Assembly: GCF_009827135.1 (NCBI RefSeq)
Contig: NZ_CP046534.1
Span: 660,001-692,000 of the forward strand
DNA length: 32,000 nucleotides
Direction of reading: 5' to 3'
From: Blochmannia endosymbiont of Camponotus nipponensis
GTDB taxonomy: Bacteria > Pseudomonadota > Gammaproteobacteria > Enterobacterales > Enterobacteriaceae
This document shows, piece after piece, positions 10,390 through 20,572 of this stretch. The notes beneath the pieces were generated by a model. That model searched no databases. It was not told the origin of the DNA and saw only the letters and a program-made list of their open reading frames with translations. A program made the position numbers and the translations under genes. Each line of letters begins with the position of its first letter. Position 1 is the first letter of the stretch.

Positions 10390-11013
10390 ATGGCGCAATT
10401 ATATTTTTATTACTCTGCAATGAATGCTGGAAAAACTACTGCATTATTACAGTCTTCTTATAATTATCAAGAACGGGGAATGCGCACTGTGTTATATACC
10501 GCTGAAATGCATTCTGAAAATAATAGATATGCACAAATTAAATCTCGTATTGGATTGACTGCTGTTGCTAGAGTATTTAATTTTAAAACTAATTTTTTTG
10601 ATCAAATAGGAGCTATACATCAAAAGGATATGATAAATTGTGTTTTAGTAGATGAATGTCATTTTCTTAATCATAATCAAGTGGTTGATTTAAGCAAAAT
10701 AGTTGATGTGTTAAATATTCCAGTATTATGTTATGGGTTACGCACTGATTTTAAAGCTGAGTTATTTTCAGGAAGTTTATGGTTATTAGCATGGGCAGAT
10801 AAGTTAATTGAATTAAAAACTATTTGTTATTGCGGGCGTAAGGCTAACAGAGTTCTTAGGATCAACGATCAAGGCTTAGTTATAAGAGAAGGAAATCAAG
10901 TATTGATTGGAGGTAATAATCATTATGTTTCGGTATGTCGTAAACATTTTGAGGAACAATTACGATCCCCGTTATCTTTAAAAAAGTGTGTTTTTCGAAA
11001 TAGAAAAATTTAA
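10390..11013 (+). CDS. tdk: Thymidine kinase
   Basis: [34 protein letters not shown] is nearly identical to the E. coli Tdk N-terminus. The P-loop and the CYCGRKA...VCRKH zinc ligands are present. The track start at 10381 is a GTG 3 codons upstream. Confidence 0.96.
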   Translation: MAQLYFYYSAMNAGKTTALLQSSYNYQERGMRTVLYTAEMHSENNRYAQIKSRIGLTAVARVFNFKTNFFDQIGAIHQKDMINCVLVDECHFLNHNQVVDLSKIVDVLNIPVLCYGLRTDFKAELFSGSLWLLAWADKLIELKTICYCGRKANRVLRINDQGLVIREGNQVLIGGNNHYVSVCRKHFEEQLRSPLSLKKCVFRNRKI

Positions 11014-11190
11014 TAGTACGAATATATAAATAATATGCAGATTAATTGTAAATAAAGGATATATTTAACTGGAATATAGGAGTTATAGGTATTTTAATAT
11101 TGAAAATATTATATATTCAGTAACTGTACCATATAATTTATTATATTAAATATAATTTTGTTTTATTAAAAACAAAAAGTCAAAAAGTTT

Positions 11191-12660
11191 CTATAATAAG
11201 GGGCTGAGAAAGTAAAATAAGCGTTCAACAATACGCTCCCAATATGGACGTTTAGACCATTTTTTGGGATCGATCAATTTAGAATGTGCAATGTAGTTTT
11301 GGTGTGTTTCTTCTAGCTCATTACTAAAATCTTTACTGTCAATTACTAAAGTAATTTCAAAGTTTAACCATAAACTGCGTGTATCTAAATTTACGGTTCC
11401 TATTAGACTTAATTGTTGATCAATCAACACACTTTTTACGTGTAGTAATCCATTTTGGAACTGATGTATTAAAACTCCAGCTTTTAATAATTCACTGAAA
11501 AATGCCCTACTAGCCCAGTTTACTAATATAGAATCATTGTTTTTTGGGATAATGATGTGTACCTCTACTCCTCGTTGTGCTGCTGTACAAATGGCATGTA
11601 ATAAATCATCACTGGGCACTAAGTATGGAGTAGTAATGATGATTTTTTTGTGTGCTTCGTATAATGATATTAGTAATACCTGATGAATTATTCCCTCGGG
11701 ACATCCTGGTCCGGAGGGAATAATTTGAATAGTATGTCCTGTTGTTGTTAGTTTATGAGTTGCTATTATATGGGTGTTTAATAGTAATGGGAAAAATACA
11801 TGTTGTCCTGTTTCAATTTCCCAATCAGAAGAAAATATCATGCTCATGGCTGAGGCGGCAGGACCGTTTATACGCACCATAATATCGATCCATTGTCCAA
11901 TTCCTATTTTTTTTTTAAATAACTGTGGATCTACCATATTCATGCTACCAGTGTAAGCAATGTGTTCATCAATTAATATCATTTTTCGATGTTGTCTCAA
12001 ATCCATGCGACGTAAGAAGATTCGTAATAAATTCACATGTAGCGCTTCTACAATATTAACGCCAGCTTGTCGCATTATATTAGGGTATGAACTGCTAAAA
12101 AAATTAGCACATCCAGCTGAATCTAATATAATCCGACATCGGATGCCTCTGTTAGCTGCTATAATTAATTTTTTTATAACATGATCTACTAATCCTCCAG
12201 TTTCCCAAATATAAAACATCATATCAATACTGTGTTGAGCTAATTCAATATCTTTAATTAAAGATATGATGGTATCGTCAGTTTTATTTAATAATTGTAT
12301 TTGATTACCTTTTAGAGCGCCTATTCCTTGACGATGTTCGCAAAGCTTAAATAATGAAGAAGCAATTATGCTGTGCTCTGTAGAAAATATATGTTTGTAG
12401 TTTTTTAGAATTTGTATGCGACGCATAGTAGATAACCAAGCTATCTTACTTCTTATAGTTCGTTGTTTACCAAGGTTAGATTCTCCAAATAATAAATATG
12501 TGATGATTCCTATTAAAGGTAAAATGTAAATTATTAATAACCATGCCATGGATGATGGCACTGCTCGACGTTTTATTAAAACTTTAAATGTAACTAATAT
12601 AATTAATGACCAATAACTGCATAAAAAAATACAATTGAATATCGCGTAAATCGCAATCAT
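11191..12660 (-). CDS. clsA: Cardiolipin synthase A
   Basis: 489 aa, collinear with E. coli ClsA. Conserved [22 protein letters not shown]. Two HKD motifs (HRKMILID and LHVKSVLID). C-terminal LFYFLSPLL. Confidence 0.96.
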   Translation of the reverse strand: MIAIYAIFNCIFLCSYWSLIILVTFKVLIKRRAVPSSMAWLLIIYILPLIGIITYLLFGESNLGKQRTIRSKIAWLSTMRRIQILKNYKHIFSTEHSIIASSLFKLCEHRQGIGALKGNQIQLLNKTDDTIISLIKDIELAQHSIDMMFYIWETGGLVDHVIKKLIIAANRGIRCRIILDSAGCANFFSSSYPNIMRQAGVNIVEALHVNLLRIFLRRMDLRQHRKMILIDEHIAYTGSMNMVDPQLFKKKIGIGQWIDIMVRINGPAASAMSMIFSSDWEIETGQHVFFPLLLNTHIIATHKLTTTGHTIQIIPSGPGCPEGIIHQVLLISLYEAHKKIIITTPYLVPSDDLLHAICTAAQRGVEVHIIIPKNNDSILVNWASRAFFSELLKAGVLIHQFQNGLLHVKSVLIDQQLSLIGTVNLDTRSLWLNFEITLVIDSKDFSNELEETHQNYIAHSKLIDPKKWSKRPYWERIVERLFYFLSPLL

Positions 12661-13435
12661 GATTATAATAAATCCTGTTTTAGATATTTGTAGATCTTTT
12701 TAACAAAGACTATAGATTATTTTTGAATGTTTGTTTCATGATAAGTTTTATAATTGTAAAAAAGTATAAATATCTATAATGCGTAGATATTGATCAGTCA
12801 AATATATTTGATTGATATTAAAAATTATTTAGAAATATTAACTTTATTATATATTTGCAATTAGTAAATAATATTTACTATTTGCAAAGACTTTCTACAT
12901 TTTAAGCAAATAAACCCATTCATATGTTTTCATTGTATGATGAGTAATTGTTGTATGTGTATAATAAAAACATACGCTTATTAAGATAAAAAATATACGT
13001 AATCACTAAAAAGTGTTTGGGTGAGTTTAGTTAAAGTGTTTGATGCTAGATTATTTGAAATAAATGATGAATGTTTTTATAACAGTAAAACAATTTATTT
13101 ATTTTAATTAATTAATTGAAAAAGAGTGTGTTAAAAAAATGTTTTATTTGTATTGTAAGTATAAATTTTTTAATATTTTTCAAAGTCGTATAACAAGATT
13201 GAAACAATTATAATCAATAAGTTATGTTGTGGTTTTTAAAAGTATTTAAATCAAATGCTGTGTGTACTTATATTTTGCATGTAATGTAATAAAATAAATA
13301 CATATGATGTAAAAAAAATGTTTTATATTAAATAAAAATTTTTATGTTATACATATTTTTGTATCTAATTTAAAAGTATTAATAGAACAATAATAAACCA
13401 TCCCTCATACAAAGTATAAAGTATATAAAATAAAA

Positions 13436-14161
13436 ATGAAATACAAGATTTTTTTTAAAAAAAAATTAATTACAGGTAGTCAGCAATTTATTTGGTGTAG
13501 ATTACATATGTCAATTTGTGCTTGTTTTTTTTTATCATGTATAATGCATGCGGTTGCAGTGCATGCATTATTTTATTATTTTCATCATTTTGTTGATCAG
13601 CCTATTTGCGTGAAAAAATCTAAAATAATTACATTGTCGTTACTACAATCCAATCAAATCTCTCATAAATTGTTAGAAGAGAAACAATTATTAAAACCAT
13701 TAAAAAAATTACAAAAGAAACAGAATTCAAAATCTACAATATGTGTGGAAAAACAGGTTTTAAATCATTCTAACAACATATTACATTCTGATAAAAATTT
13801 TCCTTTAGTTGAAAGAAATAATATTAATATTACCAAATCTACAACACCTTCTGTAGTTTCTCCTACAATATACCATGATCATCCTTATGGGGCCTCTTGT
13901 ATAATTAATCGTATATATCCTGAATATCCTAATAGAGCGAGAATTTTAGGTATAGAAGGAAAAATTATTGTACAGTATAATGTTAACGTTAATGGGAGAA
14001 TTGATAATATATGCATATTATCAGCTGTTCCTGTTGGTATATTTGAAGAAAATATTAGATCAGCGATGCGTCGTTGGGTATATGAGAGTAACAAACCAGA
14101 AAAAAACCTGATTGTTACTTTTAAATTTTGCTTAAATTCCAGGAAAACATTTGTTAATTAA
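13436..14161 (+). CDS. tonB: TonB energy-transducing protein, lacking the Pro-rich spacer
   Basis: The N-terminal TM segment has an SxxxH motif (SCIMH). The C-terminal domain YPEYPNRARILGIEGKIIVQYNVNVNGRIDNICILSAVP...AMRRWVYE matches the E. coli TonB C-terminal domain (YPARAQALRIEGQVKVKFDV...GRVDNVQILSAKP...AMRRWRYE). The middle region is rich in K, Q and N instead of (EP)n(KP)n. Confidence 0.85.
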   Translation: MKYKIFFKKKLITGSQQFIWCRLHMSICACFFLSCIMHAVAVHALFYYFHHFVDQPICVKKSKIITLSLLQSNQISHKLLEEKQLLKPLKKLQKKQNSKSTICVEKQVLNHSNNILHSDKNFPLVERNNINITKSTTPSVVSPTIYHDHPYGASCIINRIYPEYPNRARILGIEGKIIVQYNVNVNGRIDNICILSAVPVGIFEENIRSAMRRWVYESNKPEKNLIVTFKFCLNSRKTFVN

Positions 14162-14349
14162 TATTGATTGTAGTAATTTTATTAAATTTTATTTATTGTA
14201 TTATATGGGAGTAATATTTATTATTATTTGTTGAATTTGTGAATACATTTGATATGATAAAAATCATAGTATATAAAATTTTCTGTATTTCCATATTTAA
14301 GTGTCTAAAATTGTAAGTATAAACACCATCTTTCTTAAAGAACTAAAAT

Positions 14350-15090
14350 TTATATTGTTTTAATAATCATATATAAACGATATAAGTAGATTAAAATAAC
14401 TACAGATAATATATTACTTAAACCATTGATCAGAATCTTAGAAAAAAAGATCCAAAAGTGTGAATAGTGGGCTAAAATTAGTATAAATATAGTTTTTATT
14501 AGAAAACATAATAATATTGGTGGTATAACTAGATGGATGTTTCGAAAGCTTACCTTGATACTCAGACACATAGCCTCCACAATAGACTTGTTGTTATTGG
14601 TAATAATTATAATCGGGGTTAAACTTATAATCATAGTTAATAGAATGCCTGGAATAATTGCCACCATTAGACCCAATTGTATGAATAACGTAGTGTATAA
14701 AATTAATAGTAGTAATTTTGGAAATATTGGTATTGCTAACTTAAGAATGTGTTTTACATTGAAAGACTGATTGTTTTTATCAGACATAGATACTAGATGT
14801 AACATGGTTAGCGTACATCCGAATAAAAAAGTATTACTTAGCAGTTTCGATATAATATTAGCAACAGATAATTTTAATAAAATATACTGTTGATCTACCG
14901 ATAACTCTTTTATCATGCTTTGTAAGCTTACGCCAATAAAATCATATATAAATATAAGATCCTCTTGTTTTGGTAAAAAAATATAATCTAAGGTAGTTTG
15001 AATTAATGTTGTAGTAAATATTAATACTGCAATATAGATGCAATAATTACGAATAAAACATAATACATCTTGAGATAGTTTAATTATCAT
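14350..15090 (-). CDS. yciC: UPF0259 inner-membrane protein YciC
   Basis: Multi-pass membrane protein collinear with E. coli YciC (IFPKLLLLILYTTLFIQLGLMVAIIPGI... and C-terminal LIYLYRLYMII against LIYLFRLYMLI). The track start at 15111 is TTG. The ATG at 15090 gives 246 aa against 247 in E. coli. Confidence 0.82.
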   Translation of the reverse strand: MIIKLSQDVLCFIRNYCIYIAVLIFTTTLIQTTLDYIFLPKQEDLIFIYDFIGVSLQSMIKELSVDQQYILLKLSVANIISKLLSNTFLFGCTLTMLHLVSMSDKNNQSFNVKHILKLAIPIFPKLLLLILYTTLFIQLGLMVAIIPGILLTMIISLTPIIIITNNNKSIVEAMCLSIKVSFRNIHLVIPPILLCFLIKTIFILILAHYSHFWIFFSKILINGLSNILSVVILIYLYRLYMIIKTI

Positions 15091-15460
15091 GGTTCCTATA
15101 ATTTTCTCCAAAAAATATTTTTGAAAAAAAAAGAAATCATATTTTTCAACATTAAATTTATTAAATATGATTAAATATTTAATTTTAAGTCAAATAAAAT
15201 GTGATTTGCCTAAAACGTTAATGTCATCATGTTTATTGTCAGAGATATTTATAGTTGATTTTTGTCCAGAAACATTGATGATTTATTAAGTAAGTTGAAT
15301 GTTTTTGTATTGGTGTATCGTATCACGGCATTTTTGTAATTAATATTACATCAATGGATATAAAAGATATTAGAAGCAATGTCCTTTATATTAAATAATA
15401 TTTTATTTTTGATTATAACACATTTAGATAATTTTTGTAAGCATCTATAATAGTAATTTG

Positions 15461-15522
15461 TATCAATTAATTGATAATATTTAATTGTTCTATTTGCAAT
15501 AAAGATAGAATATATATTCTAT
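15461..15522 (-). terminator. Two perfect AT-rich palindromes just downstream of trpA; candidate end-of-operon structures
   Basis: ATAGAATAT|ATATTCTAT (15505-15522, 18 bp) lies 9 nt after the trpA stop codon. TATCAATT|AATTGATA (15461-15476, 16 bp) follows. Both stems are almost entirely A/T and have no clean U-tract, so terminator function is speculative. Confidence 0.25.
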
Positions 15523-15530
15523 TTGTACAT

Positions 15531-16358
15531 TTAATGTTTTTGAAAATACATGGATGTTTTCATTAGATGTACTAATTGTTCTAATTGTTTGAGCACTAGC
15601 TCTAGATTAGATATATTTTCTTCGATGATTCTTGCGATTTTAGATCCGGAAATAATTCCGGAAGTTCCTAACAATAATGATTCTTGAGCTTGCAGTGGGG
15701 TATGTATTCCAAATCCTTGAAGTATAGGTAATTTTTTTGCTTGTTTCTGTAGACATTTAATTACATTGCATAATATAGTAGCATTAATTTTTTTGTTAAT
15801 ATCAATACCAGTTACTCCAGGACGAGATAATAAATAGATATATCCATGTCCCTGAGCGGTAATGTTACGTATTAGTTCTTCGGTAGCATTAGGCGGGCAA
15901 ATGAATATATGTGCTATTTTATGTTGTATAGCAGCATTGTAAAATGGTAGACTTTCCTCTATAGGAAGATCAGGAATTAATACAGAATCTATCTCTAGCT
16001 CTGCACAGTATGAGTAAAAGCTATTTATTCCTTTTTTAAATACTAAATTTGCATAGATTAGTAATCCTATAGGTAAATTTGGATATTTATTACGAATTTT
16101 ATATAACATCATCCAACAAAGTGACAAGTTTATTCCTGAATTGAAAGCACGTTCCATACTTTTTTGTATTATCAGTCCATCTGATATAGGGTCAGAAAAT
16201 GGTATCCCTAATTCTAATGCATCGGAACCTGATGAAATTAATGTATCTATGATATGCATGAAAGAAATGGGATCTGGATATCCTACAGTAATAAAAGGTA
16301 CAAATGCCCCTGATTTATTTTTGTGTAAATCTATAAATATTTTTTGGTAACGATTCAT
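15531..16358 (-). CDS. trpA: Tryptophan synthase alpha chain
   Basis: 275 aa, collinear with E. coli TrpA. Conserved [27 protein letters not shown] (catalytic Glu/Asp), [10 protein letters not shown] and LQGFGI. Confidence 0.96.
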   Translation of the reverse strand: MNRYQKIFIDLHKNKSGAFVPFITVGYPDPISFMHIIDTLISSGSDALELGIPFSDPISDGLIIQKSMERAFNSGINLSLCWMMLYKIRNKYPNLPIGLLIYANLVFKKGINSFYSYCAELEIDSVLIPDLPIEESLPFYNAAIQHKIAHIFICPPNATEELIRNITAQGHGYIYLLSRPGVTGIDINKKINATILCNVIKCLQKQAKKLPILQGFGIHTPLQAQESLLLGTSGIISGSKIARIIEENISNLELVLKQLEQLVHLMKTSMYFQKH

Positions 16359-17545
16359 TTTTTATGTATTTTTTGTAATGTATTATAGACTGTGGAAATA
16401 TCTTTATCTCCACGTCCAGATAAATTGACCACCAAAATTTGTACTTTATTTGGTTGTTCTTCTATTATTTTTAATGCATGAGCTAAGGCGTGAGCAGATT
16501 CTAAAGCTGGAATAATTCCTTCATTAATAGATAATTTTTTAAAAGCTGTTATAGCTTCTGAATCCTTAACAGATACGTATTGTACTCGACCAGTATTTTT
16601 TAGATAAACATGTTCTGGTCCGACAGATGGGAAATCGAGTCCAGCAGAAATGGAATAGGAATTTTTTATTTGTCCTTCTGAAGATTGTAAGATTGAGGTT
16701 TTCATTCCAAAATAAATTCCTATGTTTCCGTGTTGTAAAGCTGCGCTATGATATTCGGTATCAACACCTAACCCTCCGGCTTCTACACCTAATAACTGTA
16801 CCGATGGTATGTCAATAAAATCAGAAAATATACCGATAGCATTAGATCCTCCCCCGACACAAGCAATAATAGCATCTGGTAAACACTGTTCATATATTTG
16901 TATTTGTTTATATGTTTCTTTTCCAATAACACGTTGAAATTCTTTAACAATTGTAGGATAAGGATGAGGACCAGCGGCTGTACCAAGCATGTAATGAGTG
17001 TATTCATAAGTTTTAGACCATTCCCGCATGGCTTCGTTACAAGCATCTTTTAGGGTTTTGGATCCGTGATGCACTGGAATAACTTGTGTGCCCATTAATT
17101 GCATTCTCAGAACATTGAGTTCTTGGCGTTTTATATCTTTGGATCCCATATAAACACGACATTTTAATCTCAAAAGGGATGCTGCAATAGAAACAGCAAC
17201 TCCATGTTGACCAGCACCAGTCTCGGCTATTATTTCTTTTTTTGACATACGTTTTGCTAATAATGCCTGTCCTAATACTTGATTAGTTTTATGAGATCCT
17301 CCATGTAATAGATCTTCGCGTTTTAAATAAAGTTTAGTGCGTGTGCCTTTTGTTAAATTTCTACATAATGTTAAAGGAGTAGGTCGACCAGCGTAATGAT
17401 TTAAAAGATATTTTAATTCTTTTTGAAAAATAGGATCTTTTTGAGCTGATATAAATGCTTCTTCTAATTGAGTTAACGCTGGCATCAGAATTTGTGGTAC
17501 ATATGTGCCTCCAAATTCGCCAAAATAAGACTTTAATTTTACCAT
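16355..17545 (-). CDS. trpB: Tryptophan synthase beta chain
   Basis: 396 aa. PLP-lysine motif [14 protein letters not shown] and GGGSNAIG. The stop codon overlaps the trpA start as ATGA (16355-16358), implying translational coupling. Confidence 0.97.
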   Translation of the reverse strand: MVKLKSYFGEFGGTYVPQILMPALTQLEEAFISAQKDPIFQKELKYLLNHYAGRPTPLTLCRNLTKGTRTKLYLKREDLLHGGSHKTNQVLGQALLAKRMSKKEIIAETGAGQHGVAVSIAASLLRLKCRVYMGSKDIKRQELNVLRMQLMGTQVIPVHHGSKTLKDACNEAMREWSKTYEYTHYMLGTAAGPHPYPTIVKEFQRVIGKETYKQIQIYEQCLPDAIIACVGGGSNAIGIFSDFIDIPSVQLLGVEAGGLGVDTEYHSAALQHGNIGIYFGMKTSILQSSEGQIKNSYSISAGLDFPSVGPEHVYLKNTGRVQYVSVKDSEAITAFKKLSINEGIIPALESAHALAHALKIIEEQPNKVQILVVNLSGRGDKDISTVYNTLQKIHKK

Positions 17546-17593
17546 ATTAATTGTTTTTATTCTTTTTAATTGTTTAGAATACGTTTATTTTTT

Positions 17594-18964
17594 TTAATAA
17601 GACCTGAGTATTTGAAATATTTTGATGAGTTTCTGATGATTTTTAATACCTGGTCTAATTTCTACTCCAGAATTGAAATCTAATCCGATACAACCTATGC
17701 GTGCCGCTTTTTCACAATTATTAATCGTTAACCCTCCCGCTAGAATAATTTTGTCTAATGGCATGTTAGCAAGCAGTGACCAATCAAAAGTTTTACCGCT
17801 TCCTCCCCCATTATCTACTAAATAGCGATCCACATTTAGTATATCATATTTTGGTAATGGTCTATGATTCATATTAATACTTTTCCATATATAACATGTA
17901 ATTGGTAGTCGTGTTCTTAAAATGTTAATATAACTTTGATCTTCTGTGCCGTGAAGCTGTACTGCTGATAGGTTTAATCTATTGACTGTATTGACAATAC
18001 AGTCAATAGTAGCATTATAAAATACACCAACATAACTTAAACCTTTTACATGGGAAACAATATGTTGCGCGACCATGATATTTATGCAGCGAGGTGAATC
18101 GGAAATAAAAATTAATCCTCCGTATATTGCTCCTAATTTATGCGCAATATACGCATCTTTTGTTCGAGTGAGTCCGCATATTTTATTTTCTCCTAAAATT
18201 AATTTTTTGATTGCTATACCAATTTTTGGTTGAGACATTAATGCTGTTCCAATTAAAAATCCATTAACATAGTGTCTAAGCTTTCTTATGTGGGAATAAT
18301 TACTAATACCTGATTCGCTGATTATCGTGATTGTGCTGGGTATATGTTTGCTGAGAGTAATACTACGATTTAAATCAACAGATGAATCATGTAGGTTGCG
18401 ATTATTTATACCGATCACTTGGGCTCCTAAATTTTTTGCGCGTTTTAATTCGTCTTCATTTACTACTTCTGTTATCACGCCCATACATAATGTATGAGTT
18501 ATTTTGACTAATTTTTGGTAAGTTGCATCATCTAAAATTGATAGCATTAGTAAAATAGCATCGGCCTGATGTAGGCGTGCAAAATAGATTTGCCATTCTG
18601 AAATAAAGAAGTCTTTACATAATATTGGTTGTGTTACTATATTGCTTACTTGGCGTAAAATATCAAAGTTTCCATGAAAGTATTTATTGTCAGTTAATAT
18701 TGAAATAACTGAGGAATAATGTTTATAGGTTTGGGCTATCCTGATAGGATCAAAATCATTATTAATAATACCTTTAAAGGGAGATGCTTGCTTACATTCT
18801 AATATAAATATTGTTTGTTTTTTTTGTTTGGATATAGTGCGATAGAAATTACGCTGACTTGTTTGTATTTTGGTTTTTAAAAGACGTAATGGATGTTGTT
18901 TTTTTTGATTAGCTATCCATATTTTTTTATGTAATAAAATTTTATCAAGTATTGTGTGTTGCAT
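17594..18964 (-). CDS. trpC: Bifunctional indole-3-glycerol-phosphate synthase / phosphoribosylanthranilate isomerase
   Basis: 456 aa, collinear with E. coli TrpC(F). Conserved FILECKQASPFKG, SILTDNKYFHG, INNRNL, then the PRAI half KICGLTR...VQLHG...GGSGKTFDW...GLDFNSGVE. Confidence 0.96.
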   Translation of the reverse strand: MQHTILDKILLHKKIWIANQKKQHPLRLLKTKIQTSQRNFYRTISKQKKQTIFILECKQASPFKGIINNDFDPIRIAQTYKHYSSVISILTDNKYFHGNFDILRQVSNIVTQPILCKDFFISEWQIYFARLHQADAILLMLSILDDATYQKLVKITHTLCMGVITEVVNEDELKRAKNLGAQVIGINNRNLHDSSVDLNRSITLSKHIPSTITIISESGISNYSHIRKLRHYVNGFLIGTALMSQPKIGIAIKKLILGENKICGLTRTKDAYIAHKLGAIYGGLIFISDSPRCINIMVAQHIVSHVKGLSYVGVFYNATIDCIVNTVNRLNLSAVQLHGTEDQSYINILRTRLPITCYIWKSINMNHRPLPKYDILNVDRYLVDNGGGSGKTFDWSLLANMPLDKIILAGGLTINNCEKAARIGCIGLDFNSGVEIRPGIKNHQKLIKIFQILRSY

Positions 18965-18968
18965 ATTT

Positions 18969-19970
18969 TTATATCCTACTTTTTGATAAAGACATCAAAC
19001 GAACGTAAGGTATACCATGATTTATTTTTTCTAAAGCTAATTGTACATTAGTACGTAGATTATCATATCCAAATAATGTTAATAACAGTGCTACATTGGC
19101 CGCTATTACAGCTGAATGTGCAGGTTGACCTTTTCCTTTCAATGCATTTATTACGTGTTCGTAAGCTTGTTTTCTAGAGTTACAACATAGTGTTTCTAGT
19201 GGGTAAGAATCTAATCCAAAATCTGATGCCGTCAAAGTATAATTGTTTATGATGTCATTACGTAATTCTGCTATATGAGTAGGGGCATGTAATCCCACTT
19301 CATCTATTCCTCCGCAATGTACTACTATTGCACGATTATATTTAAGTAATTTTAATGTTTGAACCATGGGTAATAATAATTCTTTTTTATATGCACCAAT
19401 AAGGGTGACTGGAGGTTTAGATGGATTTATTAATGGGCCTATTATATTAAATAATGTGGGAGTTTTTAATTGCTTGCGTATTGGCATGATGTGATGTAGT
19501 ACTGTATAGTATTGAGGGGCGTGTAAAAAACATATACCTAGTTCGTCAAAGTGTTTAAGTGCTTGTTGAGCACTATTTTCTATGTATACATCATGTTTTT
19601 CTAATAAGTCTGTTGATCCTGTTAGGCTAGATATACTACAATTTCCATGTTTAATGATTTTTGCGCCACAAGTTGAAGCAACGATAGCGCTAGCTGTGGA
19701 AATATTGATGGTATTGCTATTATCTCCTCCAGTTCCTGTGATATCTGCAAACAAGCTATTTGGACGTGGGAAGGGTTTTGAATGAGCTAACAACATATTC
19801 ACGGCGCCTATGATTTCTTCAAAGGTTTCTCCGCGTACCTTCATACTTATCAATGCAGCAGCGACTTGTATTGCAGATAATTTTTTTTCTATAATGTTAT
19901 GGAATAACATTTCACTTTGTTTTTGGTGCAAATTTTTACCTCGGTATAAGATGTCTAGAATATCCTGCAT
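18969..19970 (-). CDS. trpD: Anthranilate phosphoribosyltransferase, stand-alone
   Basis: From the ATG at 19970: MQDILDILYRGKNL...ADITGTGGDNSNTINIST...KHGN. This aligns with the C-terminal (PRT) half of the fused E. coli TrpGD. The 22 upstream codons in the ORF track overlap trpG in another frame and have no homologue. Confidence 0.93.
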   Translation of the reverse strand: MQDILDILYRGKNLHQKQSEMLFHNIIEKKLSAIQVAAALISMKVRGETFEEIIGAVNMLLAHSKPFPRPNSLFADITGTGGDNSNTINISTASAIVASTCGAKIIKHGNCSISSLTGSTDLLEKHDVYIENSAQQALKHFDELGICFLHAPQYYTVLHHIMPIRKQLKTPTLFNIIGPLINPSKPPVTLIGAYKKELLLPMVQTLKLLKYNRAIVVHCGGIDEVGLHAPTHIAELRNDIINNYTLTASDFGLDSYPLETLCCNSRKQAYEHVINALKGKGQPAHSAVIAANVALLLTLFGYDNLRTNVQLALEKINHGIPYVRLMSLSKSRI

Positions 19971-19971
19971 G

Positions 19972-20571
19972 TTATTTTTTTTCCTTGTATAAATGCATTG
20001 CCCATGCGATAGTTTGCTGAATAAGTTGTGTTCCATGAGTAGTTAATATGGATTCAGGATGAAATTGAAAGCCACAAATTCTATCAGAGTCATTACGTAC
20101 TGCCATTGCTGTGTGCTTATTTAAATAGGCATTAATTTTTAAATTGTTAGGTATCTCACTACCTATTAACGAATGATATCGTCCTGCTAGTAAAGGATTT
20201 GGTATATTGGAAAACATAGCTAAATTATCGTGGTGTATTAGAGAAGATTTTCCGTGAACAATTTCTTGTGATTGTGATATGCGTCCTCCATAAAATTCTA
20301 TGATGGCTTGATATCCCAGACAAATCCCAATTATTGGGATTTGTCTGAATAGTTGTTTTATTAATTGAGCCATGCATCCAGCTTGGCTGGGAGATCCGGG
20401 ACCCGGGGATAACATTAAAATTGGATCTATCATATTTAATAATGTGTTTATAATGATTGATGTGGGTAATTGATTAGTATATATCAATACTTGATGCCCA
20501 TTGTCACGTAATTGATCAACTAAATTATATGTAAATGAATCAATGTTATCTAGCAATACTACGTTAACCAT
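19972..20571 (-). CDS. trpG: Anthranilate synthase component II (glutamine amidotransferase), stand-alone
   Basis: From the ATG at 20571: [22 protein letters not shown]...GICLGYQ (catalytic Cys)...[10 protein letters not shown]. This aligns with the N-terminal half of E. coli TrpGD from residue 1. The upstream 28 codons of the track ORF overlap the trpE 3' end. The junctions read TGAcATG (trpE/trpG) and TAAcATG (trpG/trpD). Confidence 0.93.
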   Translation of the reverse strand: MVNVVLLDNIDSFTYNLVDQLRDNGHQVLIYTNQLPTSIIINTLLNMIDPILMLSPGPGSPSQAGCMAQLIKQLFRQIPIIGICLGYQAIIEFYGGRISQSQEIVHGKSSLIHHDNLAMFSNIPNPLLAGRYHSLIGSEIPNNLKINAYLNKHTAMAVRNDSDRICGFQFHPESILTTHGTQLIQQTIAWAMHLYKEKK

Positions 20572-20572
20572 G

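Noticed and set aside
12793-12816. 24-bp palindrome ATCAGTCAAATAT|ATATTTGATTGAT with one G:T mismatch, upstream of cls. Numerous other 6-10-bp-arm palindromes occur in the spacers, for example 2922-2946, 7831-7845, 9281-9303 and 11156-11180.
   Set aside because: My rough estimate gives about one such element per window by chance in this low-complexity composition. No positional or sequence recurrence supports a function. The 11156-11180 hairpin between the convergent tdk and cls genes could be a weak bidirectional terminator, but it has a single G:C pair.
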